Part shown: positions 10,413-19,668 of the stretch, one piece after another
How the letters are laid out: every line of letters starts with the position of its first letter
Numbering within the stretch: position 1 is the stretch's first letter
Source of the DNA: an uncultured bacterium
Lineage (GTDB): Bacteria > Lernaellota > Lernaellaia > Lernaellales > Lernaellaceae
Direction of reading: 5' to 3'
Assembly (NCBI GenBank): GCA_964534375.1
Contig: CAZHPN010000017.1
Span: 1 to 51,351, forward strand
DNA length: 51,351 bases
Made by a program: the position numbers and the translations under genes
Notes under the pieces: generated by a model
Database searches by the model: none
Told to the model about the DNA's origin: nothing
Seen by the model: the letters and a program-made list of their open reading frames with translations, nothing else

Positions 10413-12545
10413 ATGAGCGAATCGTCGACCAACGCCGCCCCGCGATGGCCGAACCGCGAACGCGCGCTTTGGTTCGCGCTGGCTGCCGCGTGGGTGATGG
10501 TGTATCTCTTTCGCGCCGGCGTCTGGTGCCATCGCGGCGACGTTTCCTGGCAGGCCCACCTCGATGAAGACGTTCGCGCCGGCGCATTGGCGACCGGCCT
10601 GCTCGATGGCCTCGTCGCGCCGCCCGTCGCCTATCAATACGGCGAAAACCACGGCATGCTGATCGACGGCGTTTTGCTCGCGCCGATTTACTATTTGGCC
10701 GGCTCGCGCGCGCTTTGGGTCAAGTTGCTGAGCATGCTGTTCATCGGCGGCGGCCTCTTTTTCTGGACGGCGGCGATCGCAGGCGCCTGGGGTCGCTCGA
10801 CGGCCGCGCTGTATCTGGCGCTTAACGTCTTGCCGCCGCCGGGCGTTGAGCTGCCGTGGCATTGGTCGTCTGGGGCCGGCCATCTCGAAAGCATTTTTTT
10901 CTCGGGTTTGCTCGTGTATCTCTTTATCCGCGAGGGCGAAGCTTGTCCGACGCGCCAGGCGGCGGTTGCGTTCGGGCTCGTCGCCGGAGTGGCGGCGTTT
11001 TTCTATGTGCCGAACGCGGCGTTGGCCGCGGGCCTGGTCGTCGCCGCGGCATGGCGCTGGCGCTGGGCCGGCATGCGGCGGCTGTTGGTTCCCGCCGGCC
11101 TCGCCTTGCTGGTGATTATTACTTTGCAGACTCGGCTGGCGTTCGGGCCGCGGGCGGCGAGTTCGGACGCTGACGGCCCGCGAACGGCCTGGACGTCATT
11201 GAAGGCGCTGTACGCCCCGCTGCACTCGCTGCTCCCCGCCAATCCCGGCCCGGCCGCGATCTTGCGGAAATTCGTCCGGCTAATGGCCGTGCAACTCCCC
11301 ACGTTCAATAATATTTACCGTGAGACCGTCCCCGACCGGCGCCTCCGCGAGATTTTTTCGTTCGGTTCCGGCTCCGAGACCGATCTTCTCTCGATTGCGT
11401 TTGCCGGTCTGGCGCTCGTCGGGCTGGCGGTCGCCGTGGCGGCGCCGTGGCGGGCGGCCCACCGCCGCGAACCGCGCACGAAGGGCGATTGGTTCGGCCG
11501 CGCGCTCGCGTTTCAAGTCGTATTCTGGATATTGGGATATCTGTTGTCCCCACGCGATATCAACATCGCGCTCCGCCCCCAAATGCGCTACCTCATGCCG
11601 TTATACCCGATTTTTGCCGCGTTATTCAGCCGCGCGTTGGCGCTGTTGTGCGGCCGCCGTCGCTGGCTGGCGGCCGCGCCCTTCCTCGCCGCGGGTTTTC
11701 TGAACATCGCCTGGACCATCCCGCGGGACGCGCCGGAGATCGGCGCGGCGACGGATTTCCTCTGGAACCGGCGCGGCGACGATTATCAGTTTTTTACGGC
11801 GCGGTTGCCCGAAAATTTCCCCTCGTCGCGCGAGGGCGTGGAAGCTGCGGTGGCGCGGATGCGCCGTCCCTGGCGCGATGCGGCGTGGGAGGCGCTCGGC
11901 GGCTCGCGGTGCGCGGGGCGCGATGGCGCCGGCCTCGCGGACGCGGGGCTGCCGGACGACGAACGCTTGCCGTTTGCCTTCGGTTGCGGCGCGCGGTGGG
12001 CGCCGCTTGTTCTTTCGGCCTTGTTGCCGGGGTATCGGGCGGCCGAGCGGTCGAACGAAGCCGCTCGCGAGAAGCTGTCGGCCTGGACGGCCGGTCTCGA
12101 CGACGCCGCGGCAACGGCGTTTGCCGCGGGGGTCGGTTACGGAGCCAATGCCGAGAAACTGGATGCAGACAGCCCGCGGCGGGAGGGCGCCGCGTTCGCC
12201 GGCGCGTTGCGCCCGCCGGATTTCCTGCGCGCGTTCGTCCGCGGCGTCGGCCGGCGTCTCGGTGAGGAAACCGGTCCGTCGATGATTGCGTCAACGCAAC
12301 CGCTCATCGATCGTTGGGCCGCCGCTTTCGATATCGAACCGCCCGCGGATTGCGCCGCCGCCCTTCTCTCCGGGCTCGCCGACGGGCAGGCGACTTATCT
12401 GCTCAACACGTTCCATTCATTTTCGTATTCGCCGCAGCGGTACGGGGACTTGCCGCGGCTCCGCGACGCTTTGCAGAGGCGAGGCGTTGCGTTGCGCCGA
12501 GTCGCCGCGGCCCGGGACGAATTCGCCTTGGAAGCGACCCATTGA
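10413..12545 (+). CDS. GT-C-like membrane protein, paralog 2
   Basis: Shares GLLDGL, LWxK, HLES, RYLMP, RRGDDY, GQAxYL, RRGV..EFALE with its neighbours. Confidence 0.6.
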   Translation: MSESSTNAAPRWPNRERALWFALAAAWVMVYLFRAGVWCHRGDVSWQAHLDEDVRAGALATGLLDGLVAPPVAYQYGENHGMLIDGVLLAPIYYLAGSRALWVKLLSMLFIGGGLFFWTAAIAGAWGRSTAALYLALNVLPPPGVELPWHWSSGAGHLESIFFSGLLVYLFIREGEACPTRQAAVAFGLVAGVAAFFYVPNAALAAGLVVAAAWRWRWAGMRRLLVPAGLALLVIITLQTRLAFGPRAASSDADGPRTAWTSLKALYAPLHSLLPANPGPAAILRKFVRLMAVQLPTFNNIYRETVPDRRLREIFSFGSGSETDLLSIAFAGLALVGLAVAVAAPWRAAHRREPRTKGDWFGRALAFQVVFWILGYLLSPRDINIALRPQMRYLMPLYPIFAALFSRALALLCGRRRWLAAAPFLAAGFLNIAWTIPRDAPEIGAATDFLWNRRGDDYQFFTARLPENFPSSREGVEAAVARMRRPWRDAAWEALGGSRCAGRDGAGLADAGLPDDERLPFAFGCGARWAPLVLSALLPGYRAAERSNEAAREKLSAWTAGLDDAAATAFAAGVGYGANAEKLDADSPRREGAAFAGALRPPDFLRAFVRGVGRRLGEETGPSMIASTQPLIDRWAAAFDIEPPADCAAALLSGLADGQATYLLNTFHSFSYSPQRYGDLPRLRDALQRRGVALRRVAAARDEFALEATH

Positions 12546-12610
12546 AAACAGCCGTTCGGCCGCGGAACTGCACGCTTTGCCTCCGGGCCAAGGGAGTATA
12601 TTAATCGTTC

Positions 12611-14746
12611 ATGCAGGACGCCCCCCGCCAGAACCGCGGCAAACGAACGAAGCGCTGGGAAATCGTTTTTTGGGTCGTGGGCGCGGCGGCGTGGCTCGCC
12701 GTCTACATCTGGCGCATGCCCTTCTACACCTTCATCGACTACGAACAGCTCCGCAACGGCCTGCTCGCCTCGGGACTGCTGGACGGCTTGGCGGCGTCGC
12801 CCGCGCGTTACCTCTACGGCGCGAGCCGCGGCCCGCTGGTGCTGGGCCTGTTGTTGACGCCGTTCTTTCTCATGGGTGGTTCGAAGTTCCTGTGGATCAA
12901 GGTGGTCGGCGGCCTGTTTGTCGCCGGCGCACTGGTGTTCTGGACCGCCGCCCTGCGCCGCGCCTGGGGTTTTTCGGCCGCCGCGTTGTTTTTCCTGCTG
13001 CACTTGTTTCCGCCGCCGCTCTTCGAATGGAATTCCCACATGTTTTGGGGCAATCACATGGAGAGCACCTTTTTTGTGGGATTGTTGTTTTATCTATTCG
13101 TTCGCCAGGGAACCAAGGCGCCGAAACTCGGCGCGGTCGCCGTGTTCGGCTTGCTGGCCGGCTTTGCGACGTTCTTCTGCTTGCAAAGCGCGCCCGCGGC
13201 GTTGGCGCTGGCCGCACTGGCCGTCTGGCAATGGCGCGGCGCCGGAGTCCGGTTGTTGGCGCCGGCCGCCGCATTTTTCGCGGTGAGCTTTGCGCTCTTT
13301 TTCCTGTTGCCGTCGCCGCAGGTTTGGCTGACCGCGGAAAAGGTCGGGCAACCGCACGTGCTGGCGAAGCTCTTCCGCCTCTATACTTTCCATTTCCCAC
13401 GGATGGCCGGTTACAACCATGCGTCGACGCTGTTGCTGACGAGTGCGGTGGACGGCGTGGCTTATTTGCAATGGATGCCGGTCGCGCTCGAACGCCTGTT
13501 GCCGGCGCTGTCCGCCGCGTTTTGCAGCGTCGCCGCGCTCGGATTGATTTTGTCGGCCGCGGACGTGGCGCGGTCGGAACGGCGGCGCGACGCCACGGCC
13601 AAAAAGGATTGGTTCGCACGGCTGCTGCTGGTGTTCTTCTTGCTCTGGTCGCTGACCTACGGCTTCTCGGACAAGGTCTTGTGGGAGCCGCCCCATTTCC
13701 TGTCCAATCGCTATTTAATGCCGATTTATCTCGTGCTCGCGGCCTTTCTCTGCCGCCTGCTCAGCCGTATCCCCGGCGTCTGGAAATGGCTGGCGATCGC
13801 GCCGTTTCTGATCGGCGGCTTCTGCCATCTCACCGCGGAACGGCCGGGCGGCAAGGGTTTCTTCGAGCGCCAGATGACGATTCTCGTGGAGCACCGCGGC
13901 GAAGATTATGAAGAATTCGTCTTTTCCCAGTTGCCGCCGACCGACGCGAATCATCTGGCGAAAACGTGGAAGACCATCGCCAAAGTGCCGCGTCGATGGC
14001 GCGACTATGGTTACATGGCCGCGGGACGTTCCCTGTATCTGGACAAATCGTTTCCGCTCCTGGTGACGAATTTCGCCGGGCCGCCCGAGGGACGCGCGCC
14101 GTTTTCGGCAGGCGTCGGCTTCTCCTTCGGCTTGCATTTGATCCAACTGGATCAGGTCAACAATTCGGGCCGGCCGGGGCTGGAGGAAAAAACCGCCGCC
14201 TGGCTCGCCATGCTGGGAAACGTCCAGCCGGACGTCGCCCGGGCGTTTGCGGAAGGCCTGGGTTACGCGATGTTCTTCAACGTCGTGTTCCTGGGGGACA
14301 AACTGGTGATGCGCGGGCCGGCCGAGGCGGCGGCGGCGGACCAGTCGGGGACGACGGGCGAAGCGGAGGCGATCCGCGCGACGACGCTGGTGCGCGACCA
14401 CATGCCGCAGTTGTCGGCCGACGAATTTTGCCGCGCGTTTGTGCGCGGCGCCGCCCGCTACATCGGGGGCCGGCACATTTACTTCGCCCACGAGCAGCGC
14501 CAGCATTTCGTGGAATTCTGGACGGCGACGCTGGGCGGCGGCGCGCCGGCCGAAAATCTCGAGGCCTTTCAGGAGGGCTACGCCGCCGGTCAGGCGCAAT
14601 ACCTCGTCAACAACTACAACGCGTTCACCTACCGCGATTCGCCCGCCGATCTCCGCCGAATCGAGGCCGCGCTGGCGCAGCGCGGCGTGTCGCTGCGGCG
14701 CATCGCCAGCGACCCCGATAAATTCGCGCTGGAATTCGCTCACTAG
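12611..14746 (+). CDS. GT-C-like membrane protein, paralog 3
   Basis: DYEQLRNGLLASGLLDGL, GGSKFLWIK, WGNHMES, RYLMP, RGEDY, GQAQYL, RGVSL..KFALE. Confidence 0.6.
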   Translation: MQDAPRQNRGKRTKRWEIVFWVVGAAAWLAVYIWRMPFYTFIDYEQLRNGLLASGLLDGLAASPARYLYGASRGPLVLGLLLTPFFLMGGSKFLWIKVVGGLFVAGALVFWTAALRRAWGFSAAALFFLLHLFPPPLFEWNSHMFWGNHMESTFFVGLLFYLFVRQGTKAPKLGAVAVFGLLAGFATFFCLQSAPAALALAALAVWQWRGAGVRLLAPAAAFFAVSFALFFLLPSPQVWLTAEKVGQPHVLAKLFRLYTFHFPRMAGYNHASTLLLTSAVDGVAYLQWMPVALERLLPALSAAFCSVAALGLILSAADVARSERRRDATAKKDWFARLLLVFFLLWSLTYGFSDKVLWEPPHFLSNRYLMPIYLVLAAFLCRLLSRIPGVWKWLAIAPFLIGGFCHLTAERPGGKGFFERQMTILVEHRGEDYEEFVFSQLPPTDANHLAKTWKTIAKVPRRWRDYGYMAAGRSLYLDKSFPLLVTNFAGPPEGRAPFSAGVGFSFGLHLIQLDQVNNSGRPGLEEKTAAWLAMLGNVQPDVARAFAEGLGYAMFFNVVFLGDKLVMRGPAEAAAADQSGTTGEAEAIRATTLVRDHMPQLSADEFCRAFVRGAARYIGGRHIYFAHEQRQHFVEFWTATLGGGAPAENLEAFQEGYAAGQAQYLVNNYNAFTYRDSPADLRRIEAALAQRGVSLRRIASDPDKFALEFAH

Positions 14747-14763
14747 CCGCGGCGCGGTTTTTT
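14746..14763 (+). terminator. Possible weak intrinsic terminator
   Basis: Short stem GCCGC-ggc-GCGGT followed by a T run right after the stop. Confidence 0.35.
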
Positions 14764-14853
14764 GTCGCCGGATTTTGCCGACGAGGGAAGCTTCAAAAGT
14801 CGCGGCAGAAGTGTTATCTTTTCTTTTTTGAACTACCTGAGAGGGGATAGTTG

Positions 14854-15729
14854 ATGCGTTGGCCTCGACTCTATGCACTGTCGGCGTTGATCGTATTGCT
14901 TGCCGCGGGGTCGGCCTACGCGGATGCGTTCACCCTGGGCGAGCAGAAATTCTACGGCCGCTTCGGCATCAGCTACAGCTTGCTCAGCCAATACCGGAAC
15001 GATGACGGCAGAATCCTGAACAGCCCGAACGATTTGTTGTATCAGGACGTAGAGGAACACTTGATGGTGCGCGGCGGCGTCATGGACGCGCTGGACATAT
15101 TCATCGACGCGACGGCGCGCGAACAAACTCTCCGCCAGATCAACGTCCCGAACACCTACACGTCGCTGAACAACGGGCAGGAATACCGCGGCGTGCACGA
15201 CGTCAACGAGAACAGCGCCGCCATGGGCGACCTGGATCTCGGCGTGAAGGGGCGCATGGTCGGCAACGACCGGGCGGCTTTCTCGGCGCAGGGGCTGGTC
15301 AAGTTGCCGTATTTCTACAACGTGCACCACGCTTTGCCGCCCGGCGACGGCCAGGTGGATATTGAGGGGCGCTTGCTCGGCGCCGTGAAAGTCTCGCTGT
15401 TCACGCTCGGCGCCGATGCCGGTTTCCGCTACCGCGCGGGCGGCCCGGCCGATCTCGTCGTGTACGGAGCCGAAGCCGGTTTCAACTACAGCATCGTCTA
15501 CGCGCGCGTACGCCTCGACGGCTACGTGGGGCTCCACAATCAGGCGAAGAACGCGGCGCAGCACGATTTCCTGCACGGGCCGGATTACGACCTCGGCGAC
15601 ACGTTGGTGACGATCGGCATCCAGGCGACGAACTTCCTCAGTCTGGACCTGACCGGCAGTTACACCGCGTACGGCCGGAACGTCGCCAACGGCGCCGCGT
15701 ATATGTTAGGAATCAATCTCTTGTTCTGA
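14854..15729 (+). CDS. Outer-membrane beta-barrel protein (transporter/MetA-pathway-like)
   Basis: Signal peptide ending AYA; alternating amphipathic strands (GDLDLGVKGR, GADAGFRYR); C-terminal Phe; GAGGGG RBS. Confidence 0.7.
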   Translation: MRWPRLYALSALIVLLAAGSAYADAFTLGEQKFYGRFGISYSLLSQYRNDDGRILNSPNDLLYQDVEEHLMVRGGVMDALDIFIDATAREQTLRQINVPNTYTSLNNGQEYRGVHDVNENSAAMGDLDLGVKGRMVGNDRAAFSAQGLVKLPYFYNVHHALPPGDGQVDIEGRLLGAVKVSLFTLGADAGFRYRAGGPADLVVYGAEAGFNYSIVYARVRLDGYVGLHNQAKNAAQHDFLHGPDYDLGDTLVTIGIQATNFLSLDLTGSYTAYGRNVANGAAYMLGINLLF

Positions 15730-15739
15730 GATTCCGCGA

Positions 15740-15769
15740 TTGACAGTTTTCGTATCGCCGCACTAACAT
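15740..15769 (+). promoter_or_regulatory. Sigma70-like promoter
   Basis: TTGACA-18 nt-TAACAT upstream of the 15851 gene. Confidence 0.45.
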
Positions 15770-15850
15770 GACACCCCGGAACTGGGCGCTTTCACCCCAA
15801 CATCGATGCGGCCGATTGGCCCGCATGGACTTGTCACGGAGGAATTCGAA

Positions 15851-17611
15851 ATGAAGAGCCGTTTGGTCCTCGCCTTGGCCTTTTCGGCCGTTCTCATCTT
15901 CGCTGCCGCCGGCTGGGCCGAATACGGCACTTGGACGACATTGTCTGCGTTGCCCGGCACGCCGGGACTATCGAACGCCGGCTTCCTGGGACTTGGCATC
16001 GGCGACATCAACAACCTCTACACGGTCGGCATTCAACAGACCAGTTCCTCCGGAATGGAAAACGGCTGGAAAAGTACGGACGGCGGCACGCAATGGAACC
16101 CCATCCGCGGCGCCGACATCACCAACATGAACAGTTGCGATGTGTTGGCGTTTTTCGACATCGCCACGACCGTCGCGACGACCGGCCCGGACAACGTGCA
16201 GTATTTCGGCATCGGTCCCGATCCGAGTTGCGCGGCCCAGCATCCGTTCCCTCAGTGCATGTTCATCTGTATGTTTCAAATGGTTCCGACCATCGCCTAT
16301 TCGAATGACGGCGGCAATACGTTCAACAACGGGACCGTCTCGCCGGCGGCCCTGTTCGACGACTACACGTCGGTCCACTTCGTCAATCAGACCATCGGCT
16401 ATATGTCCGGCGCGCCCGACTTGATCGCCCGCACGCAGGACGGCGGCCAGACCTGGGTGAAGATCAACGCCCCCGGCGACAGCTCGACGGCGCTCAACGG
16501 CATTGATTTCGTCGACGCGGACAACGGCTTCGTCGTCTCCGGCGCGGGCGCGGCGGACGACGACTCGTCGGGGGAGAAGCTCGACGCAAACGATCCGGCG
16601 ACGGCCATCAAACAGTGGGAAGCCGTGCGCAATCACGCGCTCTGGTTGAAAGATCCGGCTTACCGTCTGGCCCACCAAGGTGAAATCCGCAACAGCGGGA
16701 AGGGCACCGACGGCAACATCTGGCGCACGAGCAACGGCGGCCAAACGTGGGACTTGGTGTTCACGCAGGCCGAGCAAAGCTTCGATTCGATCCAGATCGT
16801 CGACGACAAACACATCTGGGTGATGGGCGAACCCAATGTCGCCAACGAATTCGGCGTCACCCTGTGGCGGTCTGCCGATGGCGGCGACACCTGGGTGGAT
16901 TACACGAGCCGCCTGCCCACCCCGCATCTCCAATATGCGGCGTTCATTTCCGCGATGCAGTTTTCGCCGGACGGCATGACCGGCTTCTTGGGCGGCGCCA
17001 TGGGCGTGTCGAGCTTCGTCAAAGGCTCGCCGATCATTTACACCATCGACCGCGGCGAAACGTGGACGTTCGATGCGACCTCGACCAACGCGCTATTGCA
17101 CGGGATCATGGGCATGGCGTTCGGCGACGAAAAGCACGCCTGGGGCGTCGGCATGGATCTGGCGGCGTACGGTTACGTGCAATTGCACGCGGCGCCCGTG
17201 GCCGACGCGGGCCCGGACCAGACGGTCCCGTCTGGCACGCTGGTGACGCTCGACGGCAGCGGGTCGTACAGCCCGGAGACCCCGCCGCTGCCGCTGACCT
17301 ATGCGTGGACGAAAACGGCGGGCGGCGCCGTGGACCTCAGCGACCCGACGGCGGTCAAACCGACCTTCGTGGCTGGCGCGGTGGGCGCGTACACCTTCCA
17401 GTTGACCGTGAACGACGGTCAGGAATCGAGCTCGGATGACGTGGTCATCACCGTCACCGAAAACACGGACGACGACGCTTCGCCGTCCGACGATGACGCT
17501 TCGCCGTCCGACGACGACGCTTCGCCGACTGACGACGACGCGGCCGACGACGACGCGTCGCCCGCCGGCCCGTCAAGCAACTCCAAATCGAACAGCGGCT
17601 GCGGCTGCTGA
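15851..17611 (+). CDS. Secreted BNR/Asp-box (YCF48-like) beta-propeller + PKD-like domain, acidic linker, C-terminal GCGC
   Basis: GGAGG RBS; signal peptide; Asp boxes (STDGGTQW, TQDGGQTW, SADGGDTW, TIDRGETW); PVADAGPDQTV..FQLTVNDG; ends NSKSNSGCGC. Confidence 0.85.
   Translation: MKSRLVLALAFSAVLIFAAAGWAEYGTWTTLSALPGTPGLSNAGFLGLGIGDINNLYTVGIQQTSSSGMENGWKSTDGGTQWNPIRGADITNMNSCDVLAFFDIATTVATTGPDNVQYFGIGPDPSCAAQHPFPQCMFICMFQMVPTIAYSNDGGNTFNNGTVSPAALFDDYTSVHFVNQTIGYMSGAPDLIARTQDGGQTWVKINAPGDSSTALNGIDFVDADNGFVVSGAGAADDDSSGEKLDANDPATAIKQWEAVRNHALWLKDPAYRLAHQGEIRNSGKGTDGNIWRTSNGGQTWDLVFTQAEQSFDSIQIVDDKHIWVMGEPNVANEFGVTLWRSADGGDTWVDYTSRLPTPHLQYAAFISAMQFSPDGMTGFLGGAMGVSSFVKGSPIIYTIDRGETWTFDATSTNALLHGIMGMAFGDEKHAWGVGMDLAAYGYVQLHAAPVADAGPDQTVPSGTLVTLDGSGSYSPETPPLPLTYAWTKTAGGAVDLSDPTAVKPTFVAGAVGAYTFQLTVNDGQESSSDDVVITVTENTDDDASPSDDDASPSDDDASPTDDDAADDDASPAGPSSNSKSNSGCGC
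17468..17563 (+). repeat. Coding tandem repeat (about 21-bp units, DDDASPS)
   Basis: gacgacgacgcttcgccgtcc repeated about 3 times plus degenerate copies. Confidence 0.85.
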
Positions 17612-17631
17612 TCGCGCTTCGCAGCGACAAA

Positions 17632-17673
17632 AAACGGGGAAGCCTTTGGGGCTTCCCCGTTTCCGTTTTTTTT
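17632..17673 (+). terminator. Intrinsic terminator
   Basis: AAACGGGGAAGCC-tttgg-GGCTTCCCCGTTT followed by a T run. Confidence 0.85.
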
Positions 17674-17782
17674 GGCATAATGGCAGGCGGTAACTATCTC
17701 GAGTCAATCACGACGCGCGGAGCGACGCAAAGATTCCCACAAGATTTCTTTCCGGCACGAGTTTGCCACGGAGGACATCGCA

Positions 17783-19591
17783 ATGAAGAAGGCCGTAATC
17801 ACCACCTTGTTTTTCCTGGCCGTTTTCGGTTTGGCCGCGACCGCGGGGGCCGAATACGGGAAATGGACGGATTTGTACGCGCTGCCCGGCCCCCCGGGGA
17901 TGTCCAACGCCGGCTTCCTCGGAATTGCCGTCGGCGACATGAACAACCTTTACACCGTCGGCATCGATCAAACCGGAAGTTCCACCGCGGCCACCGGGTG
18001 GAAGAGCACCAACGGCGGCTCGGTGTGGAACGTGATCGCCGCGAACAACATCACCAATCCCAATAGCTGCGAAGTGTTGAACTGGTTCAACGTCGCGATG
18101 GCCGTCGCCTCGACCGGACCGGACAACGTGCAGTATCTGTACCTCGGGCCGGATCCGGCGTGCGAGTCCCAACATCCGTTCCCGCAATGCTTGTTCGAGT
18201 GCATGTTTCAAATGGTGCCATTCATTCTCTACTCTGACGACGGCGGCAATACCTACAACCCGGCCACGATCACGCCGGTCGCCGCGTTCGACAACTACAC
18301 GGCCTTCAGCTACGTCAGCCAGACCACCGGGTACATGGCCGGCGGTCCGAACTTGGTGGCCCGCACGCAGGACGGCGGCAAAACGTGGGTGAAAATCAAC
18401 GCCCCCGGCGACAGCTCGACGACGTTCAACGGCGTCTCTTTCGTCGATACGGACACCGGCTTCCTGGTCACCGGCGATCCCGAGCCGACGCCGCCCCCGT
18501 CGGATGACGACAGCGGCGATGATACCGGCGACGACACCGGCGACGACACGGGGGCGATCAAATCCTCCGTCAATCTGAGGTCGGCGATCGCGCAATACCA
18601 GGCGCTGGTCGACCATTGGCGCTGGTTGAGAGACCCCGTGTACCGCATGCAACACCCGGTCGACCAAACGGACGACACCAAAGACACCAACGGCCGCATT
18701 TGGCGGACGACGAACGGCGGCCAGACGTGGGACCTGGTGGAAACCCAGGCCGGCGTCGGCTTCAACTCCGTCGTCGCCGTCGACGCGGACCTGATCTGGG
18801 TGCTCGGCACCCCCCACACGATCACGCGCCTGAACTTCAGCTTGTTCCGCTCGAAAGACGGCGGCGACACGTGGGAAGACTGGACGACGAACGTCCCGGA
18901 TATGACCCTGTCTGGAGCGTCGGGCTACGCGATCAGCGGCATAGGTTTCTCTCCCAGCGGCACGACGGGCTTCCTGGGCGGCGCGGCGCAGGCGATCGCC
19001 TACGAATCGTTGCTCTATTACACCGCTGACCGCGGCCAAACGTGGGCGATCGACACGAGCGTGGCGCCCTGGGGCCACCCGATCATGAACTTCGCGTTCG
19101 GCGATGAAAAGCACGCGTGGCAGGCCGGTTTCGATCTGTCCTGCTACGGCTACGTCCAGCAGCACGCGGCGCCGGTGGCCGATGCCGGCCTGGACCAGAC
19201 GGTTCCCACGGAGACCCTTGTCAAACTTGATGGCAGCGGGTCGTACAGCCCGGAAACGCCGCCGCTGCCGCTGACCTACCAGTGGAAGCAAACGGCCGGC
19301 GGCGCTGTTACGCTGAGCGATCCCACCGCGGTCAAGCCGACGTTCATGAGCGGCTCGAAGGCGGATACCTTGACGTTCCAACTGACCGTGAACGACGGAC
19401 TCGAATCCGCCACCGACACGACGAATGTCAACGTCGTCGAATCGACGGATGACGACGCCTCGCCCGATGACGATGTTTCGCCCGATGACGACGCTTCGCC
19501 GACCGACGACGACATTTCCCCGGTCGACGACGACACCTCGCCCGGGCCGGTCAACAACAACAGCAAGTCGAACAACGGCTGCGGTTGCTGA
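17783..19591 (+). CDS. Paralogous secreted BNR beta-propeller + PKD-like protein, acidic linker, C-terminal GCGC
   Basis: GGAGG RBS; colinear with the 15851 gene (AEYGxWT, SNAGFLG, QHPFPQC, KINAPGDSST, GSYSPETPPLPLTY); ends NSKSNNGCGC. Confidence 0.85.
   Translation: MKKAVITTLFFLAVFGLAATAGAEYGKWTDLYALPGPPGMSNAGFLGIAVGDMNNLYTVGIDQTGSSTAATGWKSTNGGSVWNVIAANNITNPNSCEVLNWFNVAMAVASTGPDNVQYLYLGPDPACESQHPFPQCLFECMFQMVPFILYSDDGGNTYNPATITPVAAFDNYTAFSYVSQTTGYMAGGPNLVARTQDGGKTWVKINAPGDSSTTFNGVSFVDTDTGFLVTGDPEPTPPPSDDDSGDDTGDDTGDDTGAIKSSVNLRSAIAQYQALVDHWRWLRDPVYRMQHPVDQTDDTKDTNGRIWRTTNGGQTWDLVETQAGVGFNSVVAVDADLIWVLGTPHTITRLNFSLFRSKDGGDTWEDWTTNVPDMTLSGASGYAISGIGFSPSGTTGFLGGAAQAIAYESLLYYTADRGQTWAIDTSVAPWGHPIMNFAFGDEKHAWQAGFDLSCYGYVQQHAAPVADAGLDQTVPTETLVKLDGSGSYSPETPPLPLTYQWKQTAGGAVTLSDPTAVKPTFMSGSKADTLTFQLTVNDGLESATDTTNVNVVESTDDDASPDDDVSPDDDASPTDDDISPVDDDTSPGPVNNNSKSNNGCGC
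19448..19543 (+). repeat. Coding tandem repeat (DDD[AVIT]SP)
   Basis: Five 18-21 bp units encoding DDDASP/DDDVSP/DDDISP/DDDTSP. Confidence 0.8.
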
Positions 19592-19613
19592 TCGCCGCAC
19601 GCGTTTCAACGCG

Positions 19614-19648
19614 AAAGGGGAAGGCCGAAAGGCTTTCCCCCTTTTTTT
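19614..19648 (+). terminator. Intrinsic terminator, probably bidirectional with the his operon
   Basis: GGGGAAGGCC-GAAA-GGCTTTCCCC followed by T7, between convergent genes. Confidence 0.85.
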
Positions 19649-19668
19649 GTTTCATCGAACCGCGGGAT

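Noticed and set aside
17597..17680. Selenocysteine readthrough at GCGC-TGA
   Set aside because: No convincing SECIS; downstream sequences differ between the paralogs and are terminators
17753..17766. Sigma54-like GGCACG..TTGC upstream of the second BNR gene
   Set aside because: GG-to-GC spacing is 9 nt rather than the required 10
17468..19543. CRISPR-like periodic repeats
   Set aside because: Repeats are contiguous, in-frame coding units without unique spacers; no cas genes
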